From the NCBI RefSeq assembly GCF_009914755.1, contig NC_060925.1: a stretch of DNA of 64,000 bases. The stretch is one strand, 5' to 3'. Shown here piece after piece: positions 43,241-56,922 of this stretch (within the stretch, counting starts at the first letter, position 1; every line of letters starts with the position of its first letter). A program made the position numbers and the translations under genes. Below the pieces are notes generated by a model. It searched no databases and was not told where the DNA came from. It was given only the letters and a program-made list of their open reading frames with translations. Source of the DNA: the human T2T-CHM13v2.0 reference genome, Homo sapiens.

Positions 43241-45553
43241 ATAAGTACTCTTGAAAGACCCTATAGGGCTCACTCAATAGACCAGAAAACTGCTGCTCTT
43301 GTATATCACCAGTAAGGAACACAGCTCTTACCTTGCACACTAAGAACAATGATTAAGAGCTGGTCATCAGCAGTGGGTAGCTGACCATGATGCTTGGAAC
43401 CCTCATGAAATTTCAGCAATCCGTGGCTACTGGAGGGCCGTCTGGCTTGGAATGGTGTGACTGTGGTTTGTACAGGTCTGTGCCTTTCACAGATATTTGT
43501 TTCCTGTCCTCAGAGACTATATGAACAATAGGGCAATTAACTGTGTAGCAATTAACCCTGTGGGAGTCCATGCATAACTGAGAAACATGTCCTGCTTCCT
43601 AGAAAGAATGAAGGTTGAGCAGCCTATGCGGACCAAACAAGAATCCCACCTGTCAGGTTTGAATTCAGCCAGGAAAATATAAGGGTATATGCTCTGCCTC
43701 TGCCTACATCTCTTCTCCTTCCTTGGGTTCCTTAAGAGTCAGCGTGTTCTGAGTTTCTTATCTCTCTCCTTTCATAAAAATAGGCCTTTCTTGGGAAGCC
43801 TTTCAGTTCAGCACCCAGAGGACTAAAGGTAAACTTTACGTGGAGAGGAGGAAGGCGGGCCAATGCTCTGCAAACTGCAGGTGGTTCAGCTGATACATTT
43901 GTCCCTGGTCCACTTCCAGATGACAAGGGACCACTCTGCTGATATATCAGAGCTTTAGGACAGCACCGATGCTCACTGGAGATGGGTCAGGCTCAAGGTC
44001 AAGTTTCTGACCTTCTCAGTGGAGTCACAAGTGTCATGATGGGAATCAGCTCTCACCCATCCATCCTCCTGCCTCAGGAAGCCTATGCTTCACCAGCCAA
44101 TGAGAAAAAGGAAATCGAGTGTGTCTGCCAATCCGCCTGCCCCTCCTTCTCCAGAAGCCACGTGGTCCAGTGGCTTCAAAGTGTTATGCTAATACCAAGT
44201 ACTGGTATAACTGGGTGACTTTCTGCAGTGGCTCCAATTCTAAAATGCAGCAGCCTTATTGCAAATGCATATTCATCAGAACTATTCCTGCTAGCTCTGT
44301 CTCACAGACCAGTGTTAAAAGTACAAAAATCCATCAGCATAGCTACGTGCCAAGTAAAAGGGGCTAGGATCACCAACAGAAGGCATCTGACAGGCAGACC
44401 CTGAGGGGCTCAGGAAGGGACACAGAAGTGGCAAAAGAGGGAGAGCCTAACCCTGTGTTTGTCTGCTAATGCATGTGCATGCTCAAACCCATACTGCAGT
44501 GGCTACAGAGAGTAGGGAAGGAGGTGCACATATGAACACACAGTGTTTCAGCACTTAGAATGACGCCAGACAGTAATAAGAAATGAAAGGCTCAAATCTG
44601 GATGAAGAAATATAAGCTGAATAGCTTTTTTTAAAAGTGTCTCAGCTGGGAGCTCCATTAGATAGTGAAATTGTCTCCTGAGGATCCCAGCTGGGAGCAC
44701 ATTGCTTAAGACATTTGAGAATGGACCAGCCAAAGGGAGGGTGGCACTGTGGGACATCAACTTCCCCCTTGGCTGCCTTTGGGAGACGTGACCTAAAGAG
44801 CACTGTTCTTTGCATTTTCCTGACAGACCTTCCTGTTCTTCTTTCCCCTCCTTATCATGGACCCACAGGTTCTCCTCCTACTTGCCCCTCAGTGCTCTCT
44901 CTCTCTCCCTTTCTTTTTCTTCATTTTCTCTTCCTTCTCAGATGAATCAGCCTCCTGTCAACTGCTGCCTCATAGGTAAAAGTCTGGGGAGGCCTTAGGG
45001 CTGGGAGCACTCCACCCTGTACCAGGCACATATCCGTCTTTGATTGAGAGCAGCTCCCTGAACAGAACAGGTGCTCAGTGATGGGGAAGAGGGGAGAGGA
45101 AAGATGGCATCAGCGCAGCATCCTCACAGCTTGTCTCTGCTCTGGGTCCTCTCACAAAGCACAGCTGTCAGACTGGAAAGAGAGATGGGGCACCATATCC
45201 TCCCCAGAGCTGGAAGCTCCTGCTCCAACCGCCAATCCAGTAGAGCTACCAGTGAATCATCTCTTCCTCTCCTCTGCTGTCAATCTGAATGGCTTTCCTC
45301 CCTGCCTCCCCTGACCCATTCCCTCTCCTCTCTTGAGGACTACATCATTCTGCCTTCGAAGAAGGGAGGGATGGAAACAGACAATAGTGCTATGAGTATA
45401 AGAATGGCCCACACAAAGGAGCCAGCAGCTAAAGGCTTCATCTGCTCCTGCCTCCATTTCCCTGCATGGCGCAGTTCAGTCTTCACATCCATGATGTGGG
45501 AGATAGCTCAATCTACTGTAGCCCAAATTGTCTTACTAGTTAATAGTATCACA

Positions 45554-45847
45554 TTTTTTTTAAGAGACAGGGTCTCACTCTGTTGCCCAGGTTGAAGTGC
45601 AGTGGCAAGATCATAGCTCATTGCAGCCTTGAACTCCTGGGCTCAAGGAATCCTTCTGCCTCAGCCTCCAGAGTAGGTAAGACTATCAGCATACACTGCC
45701 ATGCCCAGCAAATTTATTCCATTTTTTTTTTGTAGAGACGAGGGTCTCACTATGTTGCCCAGGCTGGTCTCAAACTCCTGGCTGCAAGTGACTCTCTCAT
45801 CTCGGCCTCCCAAAGCACTGGGATTACAGGTGTGAGTCAGCCACCAT
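45554..45847 (-). mobile_element. AluJ-like SINE
   Basis: gagacagggtctcactctg, atcatagctcattgcagccttgaactcctgggctcaag, ctcactatgttgcccagg. Confidence 0.92.
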
Positions 45848-46292
45848 AAACAGAGTCCATAGGGCTGATAACGAAGTACTTTAGGAGCCCAGCTTTGAAG
45901 AAGCAGGTGCTCATTGCTGTGGTCACAGAGGGGACAAAGTTTTTTTTTTAATTTTTATTTTTTCACTACCATTCCTGGCATAACTTACTTCTTTCATCAC
46001 TCTAGCTTTAGGTAGGTTTCTCCTAAAATTTTCTATTACATTTAGAATCAATGTCATACAATTAAGCAATTATTTAGTTCTTATCAACTAATTTTTTCTT
46101 GAATAGTTATAGTGCACATAGTAGGTACTCCATAACAACTTCTCGACTAACTGATTCATGATTACCTTCTCATCCTTATCAAGAGAAAATCCCTAATTTA
46201 CACTAAATGGTGTTTACAACTGGGGATCACAGCACATTTTTCCCTATGTATCTGTATTGTGTCTTCCCCCGTGCCTTTCCTCCCCATCCTCA

Positions 46293-46562
<270 letters not shown>

Positions 46563-46991
46563 TCAACTGAATTGTGTCTCACTCTGTCTTATAAAAATTG
46601 AAGATCAACTATACTCCAAGCCTTGAACTAACAAACGATGGGCATTCTCCGTATCTAGGAAATGAGCCAAGGCTGTAACGCCTGGTCAAAGAAAGAGGTC
46701 TAAACTCAGGCAAGGAAATTAACATTTTATTGCTTGTCAGTCCTTAGTGTATGTGAGAAGTGCTTACAAACTCTAATTTTATGTCTTCTTCCAGTGAATG
46801 AGCCTTGGGATGTGCAATATTGACCCAGATAAAAAGCAGACCCTGGCACAACATAGGGGGAATTTGCAGGCTGCCTGCCAATTTTTCCTTTTAGCTTGTT
46901 GGGACTCCTTCCCCAGCACCTAAAACCTACAGGTAGTTTCTCATTCTGCTTCCCAAGCCAATTGCAGGCCTCAGTCCTGAAGCCAGACTCA

Positions 46992-47156
<165 letters not shown>

Positions 47157-49199
47157 TCATGACTGGGGGCATAACCACTCACCACTGGGGGATCTAGCAT
47201 TCCATTACCAGTGCTTTCTTCTCACCCTTTGTAGTCCTTTTCAGAAAGACTGCCTTTTTATGGGTGCAATGACTAAGTTCTAAGGAGGCAGAGAGGCCAA
47301 CCCTTGCTCACATGGCCAGGCAGCTGGAGAACTGATTATGGTGCCTACTCAGTAGTTGTTAGAAGTAGTTTTTATCAAGTCATAAAAAGCAAGTTCCAGC
47401 TTTCTTCGGATTTGAAGCTGGGCTTCCCCTGTCTTGAGTCAGATATAATTGGAAGCATTTTAATTGAAGAGAGATGCCAACCTCCCACCGTCCCCATCCC
47501 ATGGCTGCACACCCACAGTGGTGGCAATGGCATCTCTCTGTGACTGGAGGAACCCTAACAAAGAAAATAAAGAAAGAAAGCACCCCTTTACAGCTTCTGT
47601 GTGATGGGAACAGAAATGACTGAAGCCAAGAGCCTCCAGGGAGGAGAGAAGAGCAGATGAACAAATGAACAAAACAGGCCCAGATTTATTCTCTGCACTC
47701 CTACCCACACCATTGGCTAAAGGTGCTAACCCTTGGGATACAGGGAAGATTTTTTTTTATTCTTACAACAAGGACTAAAAGGAATAAAAGAATCAATCGG
47801 CATTTCAAGGGAGAGCTTAAGAAAACCATGAGAGATTATTTGTTTATTTATTCATTCATTTCATTTCAAAGGCATTCAAATGCTCTGTGTTCATAGTCAA
47901 AAATAGTCTGTGGGATGAAAGCCAGTGTGGATGGGATATGAGGAGGCTGTGGCAGTCTGGCATCCCCTCCCCACTTAATGTGCAGGGAGGAACAATGGAA
48001 GGATGCTTACAATTAAACAGAACCAAGCGCTGGCTCCATTAGCATGCTGCTCGTACAGCACCATTTCAGAATCCTGCTCCTTTCTCTTCCCATACACAAC
48101 CCTCTCCCCTCCCCAGGTTGCCTGAAATTCTAGGAAACCAGATTGATGACTTCAGATCTTTTATTTAAAAAAAAAAAATGTAGCCCTCTCCAGTAAGCTG
48201 GCCACAGAGCAGACCCATTGACTAGGGCTCCTGAGTTAGAGAGCAGCCAAGCCACATGATTTCTGCCTACACCCTGAAAGAGAGTCCTGGGCCCTAGAGC
48301 AGCTGGAGAGGTGTGGGACATGTGCCAGCTTAACGCAGGGGATTTCCAGGGGCCAGGCAGAGCCACTGGTAGGAGGGAAGTGGCCAGGATATGGGGGATT
48401 TTCTCCCATTTCCACCCTGACTCTTGGGCACCTACTTCTCTGACCAGTTGGTGAACCTCTGCATTAAGCAGCATTGAAATGTCAGAGATGCTTCTGACTC
48501 TGAAAGAGTCACTCAATTCTCCCCACTCACAGGAGTATCAAGCAGTAGGTCTGTGCAGGGAGGTGCCTGCACCAGGGGAGGAAAGCTTGTTACTTAGGGG
48601 ACAATAGAAGATCATCACTTCATTCTTCTGTGAAGCAGTTAGCAAAATTGGAAGCATGACAGCCCCTTCACTCACACACACATACACACACACACTCACA
48701 AACACAAACACACAGTTACACACTTCATCTGGTAAGATTAAGGAGCCCATTCAGGGCTGATTGCCTCAAGGTACCTGGAATCCGGGACTTAAGGATAATG
48801 TAGGTTGAAGAAAACAACCTCCAAGAATTTGTATAATTTCACTTTGCATTTCATAATGGACATCCTTGAGTTAGAAACATCATTATAACAGGCAGGCTGG
48901 AGTGGGGGCACCTCCGCTATTATACCATTTTAGAGAGAATGTCTACAAGTAGTTTGAGTGGTACCAAGGAGGAGGCAGCTTATTGAACATAGAAATAAAA
49001 TTTTGTTTTCTATTTTGATTTCAAAATTACAATATCTGCATTGATGCAGAGCAACAAATCTGTGACCTGTGGTTTACAATTTATGTAACTGATTTTAGGA
49101 AGCCGTTGGCAGTTCTGATACATTACTGATGGTTAATTTTTCTTTTGAAAGACGAGGCTCCATGCCCATCCATCTCACAGTTTTCTCTTCCTCTTCTGA

Positions 49200-49770
49200 A
49201 TACATTAATATTTCTAAGAGAAAAGCAAATCACATCTTCCACCAACTTAAACTGTTTATGGCACCCTGTACCTACAGAATAAAGTCCCAGCCTCCAAAGA
49301 GGTCATCCCTGATAGCTGATGGCTTCTTCTGCTTCTTTTTTCACCAAACCCTGGGTCACCCTCTGCCCTTACAATGAGACCTGACCATAGTTCCTAAAGT
49401 TGTCCCGATTTTCTCACCTCTTTGCTTTTGCTCCTAATAGTCCTTCTTTCTGGATTTTCTTCCCTCTCTTCTTTGCCTGACTTCTAATCATTTGCAGACT
49501 CAGGTAAGATCCTACCCCTTCCAGAAAGCTCCCCAGGGCCTTCACCCTCTACCCTCAGGCTGAACAAGGGGCTGAGCCTGTGCACCTGACTCAGAGCCCC
49601 TTGTTGCTCCTGAAATGATGAGTTGTGCCTGTCTCTTCAGGTATCCATCACCACTCAGAAGAATGTGCTCTCTTGGATGGCAGAGGACAGTTCTTGTCAT
49701 TTTTGTATCCCCACTGCCTCACACAATTTCTGCCCCAAAGACGTCACTCAATAAATATTTATTGACCGAT
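49200..49770 (+). mobile_element. L2 3' fragment
   Basis: cctacagaataaagtcc...ccttccagaaagct...tttgtatccccactgcct...ctcaataaatatttattga. Confidence 0.65.
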
Positions 49771-51313
49771 AAATAACGATATTTCATTAGGTTCTTTAGT
49801 TTGCACAAGTTTCTGGGGAACATAATCTCAATGTTCAAATTTAAAGGTGGAAGCAAAGGTGAAGATTATCCTCCATGTAGAGCAGGCTATAGGTTAAACT
49901 CTGGGTTTAAACGGATTTAAAGGTTAAGGTGGAAATGAATTTGATATTGTGAGAAACCTCCTATGTGCAGAGCAGCTCCTGAGACACTGCACTGGACCAT
50001 GTTAATAAGAAAAGCAGCCTCTGGTAAGATCAAGGTGAAACCCTGTAGGGGAAGCAAAGTCAGGTGTTGGGTGAGACTAACCTTTGCAGAGAACTGCAAA
50101 GGGGCAGGTGCTCTGTAGCGTGGCCTCATTTATCCTTACAACAGTCCTCTGAAGCTGGTCATCTGGCCCCATTTTACCGATGTATCAACTAATTTTTAAG
50201 GCTAGTAACCTCTCCAAGGTCACCCTCTGTAAATGGGAAAATTGGGATTGGTCTGATTCTCAGGTATGGATCCCAGCAGCTTTCTAGTTCATGCTGGCTC
50301 AGGCCTATGGAATTCTAAAGTTTTCTTTCATCTGCAAAATCTACTGAGTAACTCCAAAAACCAAATATAGAACAAACTGTCAGAGAAAAGCTGTGTCCTA
50401 AAATCTCATCTGTCCCTCATTCATGCAGATTTGGCAGGAACAACTTCAAAAAGCTACCCAAGAGAAGCTGGGTGAGCATCTAGAATGCTTTCCCAACTCG
50501 GGCCTTCTCTGGAGACAGCTGGTGCTGACCAGTGCAGTTGATGGCTCAGCTGTGCACTGAGTCCTGCACACAGCCCTGTGTTCAACTAGAGCTAGAAATT
50601 CCTGTCCAGAGGCAAACACTCACCAGAGAGTGCTCTCACAGAACAAGGCTGTGGTCTCACCATGGCTTGCCATTAAATGGAATGTGAGGAAACGGATCAA
50701 TTGCTCTTGACCTGGCATCTCCACGCTTCCTCAGAGCAGGCTATTCCAGGACAAGGAATTATTCCAAAGGATGCAGGCACTCACTTTGAGGGAAGGTCTC
50801 TGTGGGATCAATTTGGTCTGTACCAATCCCTACCCCCACAGTCTAGTGGAAAGGAGTGATCCTAGCCACAGTGGAAAGGACTTCTTGGACACTGGAATGG
50901 GTTTGGTGGGAAGATTCAGTCAGTAGGTTCAGGGTCCTCTTAGATCCTTTGAGTCTAGCTTTGGCCCTTCCCAAGTTATTTGGGATTGCAGATTATCAAG
51001 GTTAGGTTGAACATCAAGGTCTTTCCTTACTCTGGGTTCAAGTTTTTAGGAAATGCCTGAAATGATTATCTACATATATCTATTGAAGGCCTGCTGTGTT
51101 CAAAATTGTATGTTGGATGTTAAATATTTAAAGTGATATAAGACACCACTCCTTCCCTCAAGAAGAACATCATTTCATTGGGGAAAAATAGGCAGTTGAA
51201 AAATAAATATTAAACAAAATAATTGACAAATACATATTAAAATCAGTATATTATAGGCATTTGCAGGGGTAAAGTCATTGCGGATTGGTACAGTGAATTG
51301 GAGACATTTTAGA

Positions 51314-51488
51314 GCAACATTCTTCAACCTGGCTTCAGGTTAGAATCACCATGATGCTTTTAAAAAACACTCATGCCCTCGCCACACCTTCCAGAACTTA
51401 TGAATTAATTAGTTTGCTCTGGGTATGATCATCGGTCATTTTTAAAGCACATTGGGGACTCTCATAGACAGCCAGGGTTGGAGACTGC
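51314..51488. mobile_element. MER5-type hAT MITE
   Basis: ttcttcaacctggcttcaggttagaatcacc...cagccagggttggagactgct. Confidence 0.65.
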
Positions 51489-53424
51489 TTTTTGGATGAG
51501 ACTGTAAATGCTTGAAGTCAGAGACTATCTTGGTCATATTTGTTTGGTTATATGTGTAGCATCTGAAACAGTACCTTGAAATAGTAGGTGTTCAATAGAT
51601 GCTGAGTTTGGTGGAGACTTGATTTGGACGATAAAAACTGGTAGCATTTATATTACGAGAAAAATGTGCATTCTTGCTAGAGGAAAGGGTATGAGCAAAT
51701 GAGCAGAGTGGGAGATATTCAATTTATTGCAGATATTGGATCACTTAGAAAACAGATTCAACTAAGAACAAAAGGTTCTCTAGAAGAAGAGTGGCTCATT
51801 TAGAGGAAATTGTATGTTGGCATTCAATAGTAAAAAGATTTAAATGGAGGAATTTAAATTCTATTTCAGAGTCCAGAGAGATGTTCAGGAGCTTGGAATT
51901 CAACAGGACACTAAATCATGAGTGAGCATAGTAGCAAATAAGTAGCCAATTACAGTCATTGACCAGGTCATAGAATTTTTTAGAGTGGTCGTTGGTAGGT
52001 GGTTTACTCAGATGCCAGAGTGGTTTCTATTAAAGTTCCTGGTACCTAAAATAAACAGATTGTGACCCATTGCTTTCATTTGAGAGGCTAGTTATTTCCA
52101 TGTTAGGGATAAAAATTCTTAATCACTTATTGATTAACCCACTGGCTCCTGAGATATCTGACCTCATGGGTCAAACCACACAACTGGCCCCCACTATAGT
52201 GCTTGGATAAAACATCCGGTTGGCAGCCAGCAACTTTGAAAAGAACATAAATGGTGCTTGTGGGGATAGAAACAGTTTTTGTGCAGGTTTTGCTTGAATA
52301 GCAATTTTATTAAGGCCCTTGTTTTTCAAACTGTTAGTTTCTGACTTTTAGGGAATGGGGAACTTATCCATGTCAATCAGCCAGATTCCACTAGGCTCCT
52401 CATCTGCCTTATCTTTATCACGCTTTGAAGTCCTGGAAGACCAGCAATAGGAAAAAGAGAAAAAGTCAGCCGAATGATAAATCCTTGTTGGAAAGTTTAA
52501 TGCCCATGTCACAGTCCAAGGAATGGAGCTGACATCTCTTGCAGCACAAATCCTCAAAAGCGGCCTGTAGCCAACGCCATTAGCTTCCCTGGGACAGACA
52601 CTCAGGAGAGAAAAGGACAAGGGAAAGTCCTTTGAGGAAGTGGTTCTGTGAATCTGCACTCTAGGTAGGAGCACGCCTAATAGAACACTGCTATGGCTAA
52701 GCTGAGTCCACCCCGAGCTACAGGAGGAGCAGTAGAAGCTTTGCAAAAGAGTGAGCTCTAGGAGGCAAATGCAGGAGCAAAAATTAACACCTAAGCCAGG
52801 AATGGCTGACAGGGATGGTCTAGGAAGGGGCTTGGAAAGGTGGCAGTGAAGAAGTGAGACTCAGCAAACTGTATGGATACAAGTCTTCCATTTGTCCTAC
52901 GCTGCTCACCATTTGTCCAGAAAAGGCATGCAGTAGCTGAATTCATCAGCCGCTTATGCAGGACTACTCACTTCCTCTACTAGAGGACTTACTCAAGGAG
53001 GGACATGTATTCACGCCCATACTGTCAAGCCAAGCACTTAGAAGGAACTCAGCAAATGTATGTTAAGTGAATGATAGATTGACAAAATGAATGGATGGTA
53101 AGATCTTATTTTGGAAATAAACTGTTTCAGCTAAGGCCTAATATGAATTAAACTTTATGATAATTGAATCCTTCCTGGCTGGCACTCAAATTATTCCTCT
53201 GCTGTGGGCCTTTCTAATACGTGCTATTCCCAGGTATGTAGGTAGAAATTTGGGAGGGAGTAGAAGCATCCAATTTGATCAGCAAAGTAGCAGGTAAAAG
53301 AAAATAATAATGAGGTAGAGTTTAGAAAAGGGGAAGGCAGGGGCGGGAGAGATTCATTTTGAACAACTTAAGACTCTATGAGGAAGGTGCAAATTAGATG
53401 CAAAATGGAGAGGCAGAAACTGAC

Positions 53425-53650
53425 ATTAATTGCCTACTCTGTGCCAGTTTCTGTGCCAGGGACTTTCCCTGCATTATCTCATATATCCCTCACAATAACC
53501 CAGCCAGGCATGTAATATAGCCCCATTTAACAAATGCAGAGTCTGGTGGCTTCAAGAGGTTGAGTAAATTAGTGAGGTTCCCAGAGCTGGCAAAGAAGGA
53601 AGCCAGGGCCCAAACAGAATCTGTCTGACCTCCAAGTCCTCCATATTGTC
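53425..53650 (-). mobile_element. MIR SINE
   Basis: gcctactctgtgccag...cattatctcatatatccctcacaataaccc...ccccatttaacaaatg...tctgtctgacctcca. Confidence 0.75.
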
Positions 53651-53808
53651 CCTGGGCATGACTGGGGGCAAACACTTTTGTTAGCAGGTGGTCGTGACAA
53701 CTCAAGGTGTTTCCTATTTTATACTTTACCAACTAGGAAAGTCAGTTCGGGGGAAGCGGAACACAGGGTTTGCAGACGTACATAAGCAAGTCCCTAGACA
53801 ATCACTTA

Positions 53809-53907
<99 letters not shown>

Positions 53908-54911
53908 TTAAATTCAACTCAACAAATACTCACTGAACACCCACTTCGTATCAGGCACAGTGCTAGGTGGTAGACACCCAGCCATCCAGGGCATAGCCTC
54001 TGCCCTCAAGAAGCTCACTAATATGAGCTCACACATGACCTTGAATCCTGGGACCTGACGAAGAACACGATAAATGTAAAAATCACTGAACTACTAGGAA
54101 AATGGAATTTAATAGCCATGACAATTGGAACTACATATAGAGTAAAACTATATGAAGATAGATGTCACATATTCATAATTCATGGTCCTTTAGATATAGA
54201 TTCACAGAAACCTAGCTTGGGCTCCCTTAAGAAGAGCAGCGTGATTTCTTGGGAATCAGACAGTTCTGGATTCAAACCTCATTCTCACATTTGAATCAAC
54301 TGTCTGACCATGGACCGATAATTTGCTTGCCAGTCCTAATTTCCTATAGGGTCAATAAATGATAGCTACCTAACAGACCATTGTGAAGATTAAGCAGACC
54401 TCTTAGGCCAAAGACTGCAGCTCATATAGGATATTCAACATGTTTTCTTTTCTTATTCAAAATGACAAGAGGATTCTGGGTCTTTGATAGGTTTCAGACA
54501 TCTTCAAACGTTTTAATGTCACTCACTCAAACAGAAACAATTGAAATCGTGTTTGCAAATATTTCTTAACTGTAATTCCTTCTAGTGAACATCTAGGTAT
54601 TGTCACATGTATTAGAAAGTAACAAGACTATTTCTTTTAAATAGTGTATATCTTTTCACTAACCCAGATCTCTAAGCCCATTATTTAATTATTAAAGCAA
54701 GACTTAGCAAAGACCAGATCTTGTGAGTACTGAGCTATTGCACACACTAGGTGGATTTAGCCCTTACACTTGTGCAACTTACAGTCTCATAATGAACCCA
54801 ATTATTGACAATTTTACTGTAGACATTCCTTTTGTTTTCAAGGACTACAAAAAGTCAGGAGAATAAATTATAATTATTATTTGGGACTAATTCTAATACT
54901 AGGAGTTAATC

Positions 54912-55650
54912 TAGTGGTTTTCAATGCAGAGGGTATCACCCCATAGAGGGCATTTTGATAAATGTATGGCAGTTGTTCTTCAATGACACAATGACTGAAG
55001 GTCATTATTGCCCTTTAGAAGGTGGGGCTAGGATGGCTAAAATAGTGCATTGCTCAGGACAGTTCTGCAGAACAAAAATTTCCCCATGTCCTACAAGCTT
55101 TTGAATGTCATGCAAGACATTTATTTAAGTTTTGAAAACCTGCTTCTAATGGTTTGAGCATAGATGCTAATTCCATTGACACATAAGCACAAAGTACAGT
55201 TTCAATACACAGTGAATTTTCCAGGTCCATAACTACTTTATAATTTGAGCGGAGGTTACACATTGTATAATCACTTTGAATCACCAATACAGCACATGTG
55301 TATCAGTCTGTATTGCTCTCACGCATATCATAATACAGTATTGCATATTATATTATATATTATATTATGGTGAATCTGTACTAGGTACAAATGTCTATAA
55401 AATTTATTATTTATTTTATTGTAATGGAGCATTAAAATATTTATTGTAATTAGCATAGGAAGATATAATTATTAAATATTAACAGTTATATCATTATAAA
55501 TTTTTCTTATTTCTCCCTTAATTAATATTGAGACACTATATTTGTTAAAATTTTGTAGATACAGGTTTTATTATTTATAAATTTTATTTACACATAATAA
55601 AAGGGGTTAAAAATATTTGTTACAAAATATTGATAGTGTTGGAAATCACC
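54912..55650. mobile_element. MER20B-like hAT-Charlie element
   Basis: agtggttttcaa...caggacagttctgcagaacaaaaatt...cacataagcacaaagta...tgaattttccagg...ttggaaatcacc. Confidence 0.65.
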
Positions 55651-56489
55651 AACTTAACCCAACAAGCTAACAAATTAATTACCCAGAGTCTTTATTTGTT
55701 GCTAGGGAAAGCCATTGGAACTATATAAGGAAGTGGCTAGGATGAATGTGTTCCTTATTTAAGCTTACTATTCATAAATGCATTATTCCTGGGATTTAAT
55801 TTGGAAATACCTAGAGGCAAGAATTGGCTCCATAAAGTATCCAAACAATGTACTGTGAATAACTCTTGCATCAAATAAAAGGCCCCTCCCCAGGTGTTTT
55901 TTATGTTTGTTCATCATTGTAGGTGAACCCACAGAGTAGGGTTTGAATCTGATTCTTTTTTGCTGAACAGAAAAAGGTGGTTTATGCACAGCTAAAAATA
56001 TCTGTTAATTCAAGAAAAAGTCTAGAAATCATGAGAAAAAAATATTCCCTATAATCCCAGACACCTAGAAAGGGCAGTAAAAAAAGAGGGACGTGCAATT
56101 TTATTTATCTCTATTTTGGGTAGGATCATATTTTATTTACTGTCAGTTTAACATTTTAAATAACATACATTTTGCCTTCCAGCCATTTCTAGCACTCAAA
56201 ACTGATACAATGTGTAATTATAGTTAATTGTTGGCATAGTTTCTAGGTTGTTTGAAAATATATTTTCAGGAGCCAAATGACTGGCATTAAATACTGTGTG
56301 AACAATTAGCTATGCAGAATGACACAAATAAATCTGTATTCAAGCCAAAGCCAAAGTTAAGGAAGCAATGAGCTTGGACATATTTATTAAGCACACATCC
56401 ACTGTTGCTAAGTAGTTTAGGTCAAGGAGACCTCCTGCTCTTGAGGGGCCTGAAAATTAAGAAAATCAACTCAAATTGGAAGGATGTAG

Positions 56490-56653
56490 AGGAGTGCAGC
56501 GTAGACCCCACCCTGATCACATTTAGAGGCAGGAGTGCAGTGTAGACCCCACCCTGATCACATTTAGAGGCAGGAGTGTAGTGTAGACCCCATCCTGATC
56601 ACATTTAGAGGCAGGAGTGTAGTGTAGACCCCATCCTGATCACATTTAAAGGC
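56490..56653. repeat. Minisatellite, 4 x 41 bp (aggagtgYagtgtagaccccaYcctgatcacatttagaggc)
   Basis: Units start at 56490, 56531, 56572 and 56613, head-to-tail with no spacers. Confidence 0.97.
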
Positions 56654-56922
56654 AGCAGGGCACAGTGGTTTCAGGACATGGATTCTGGAGTTAGCCTGCC
56701 TATTTCAAATGCCAGCTTAGCCACCAATCACTGTGTGACTTTGGGCAAGTTCCTTCATCATTCTGTAACCCCATATCCTCATCTGTAAAATGAGGCAGAT
56801 GGTAATAACTGTATTTATTTGACAAAGTTGTTATGAGGAGGAACTAGCTAATGTAATTAAAGTGCCTAGAACAGTGCGTGGCATTTAGTGAGTGCCACAC
56901 ATAGAATCATTTGTTAAATAAG
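56654..56922 (+). mobile_element. MIR SINE, near full length
   Basis: agtggtttcaggacatggattctggag...ctgtgtgactttgggcaagt...ctcatctgtaaaatg...gcctagaacagtgcgtggca. Confidence 0.85.

Noticed and set aside
45071-45595. 174-aa ORF, the longest in the track
   Set aside because: GTG start, no domain-like pattern, and it ends inside an Alu.
56490-56653. Possible CRISPR-like array
   Set aside because: Units are head-to-tail with no unique spacers, no cas genes are present, and the context is a eukaryotic intron. It is a minisatellite.
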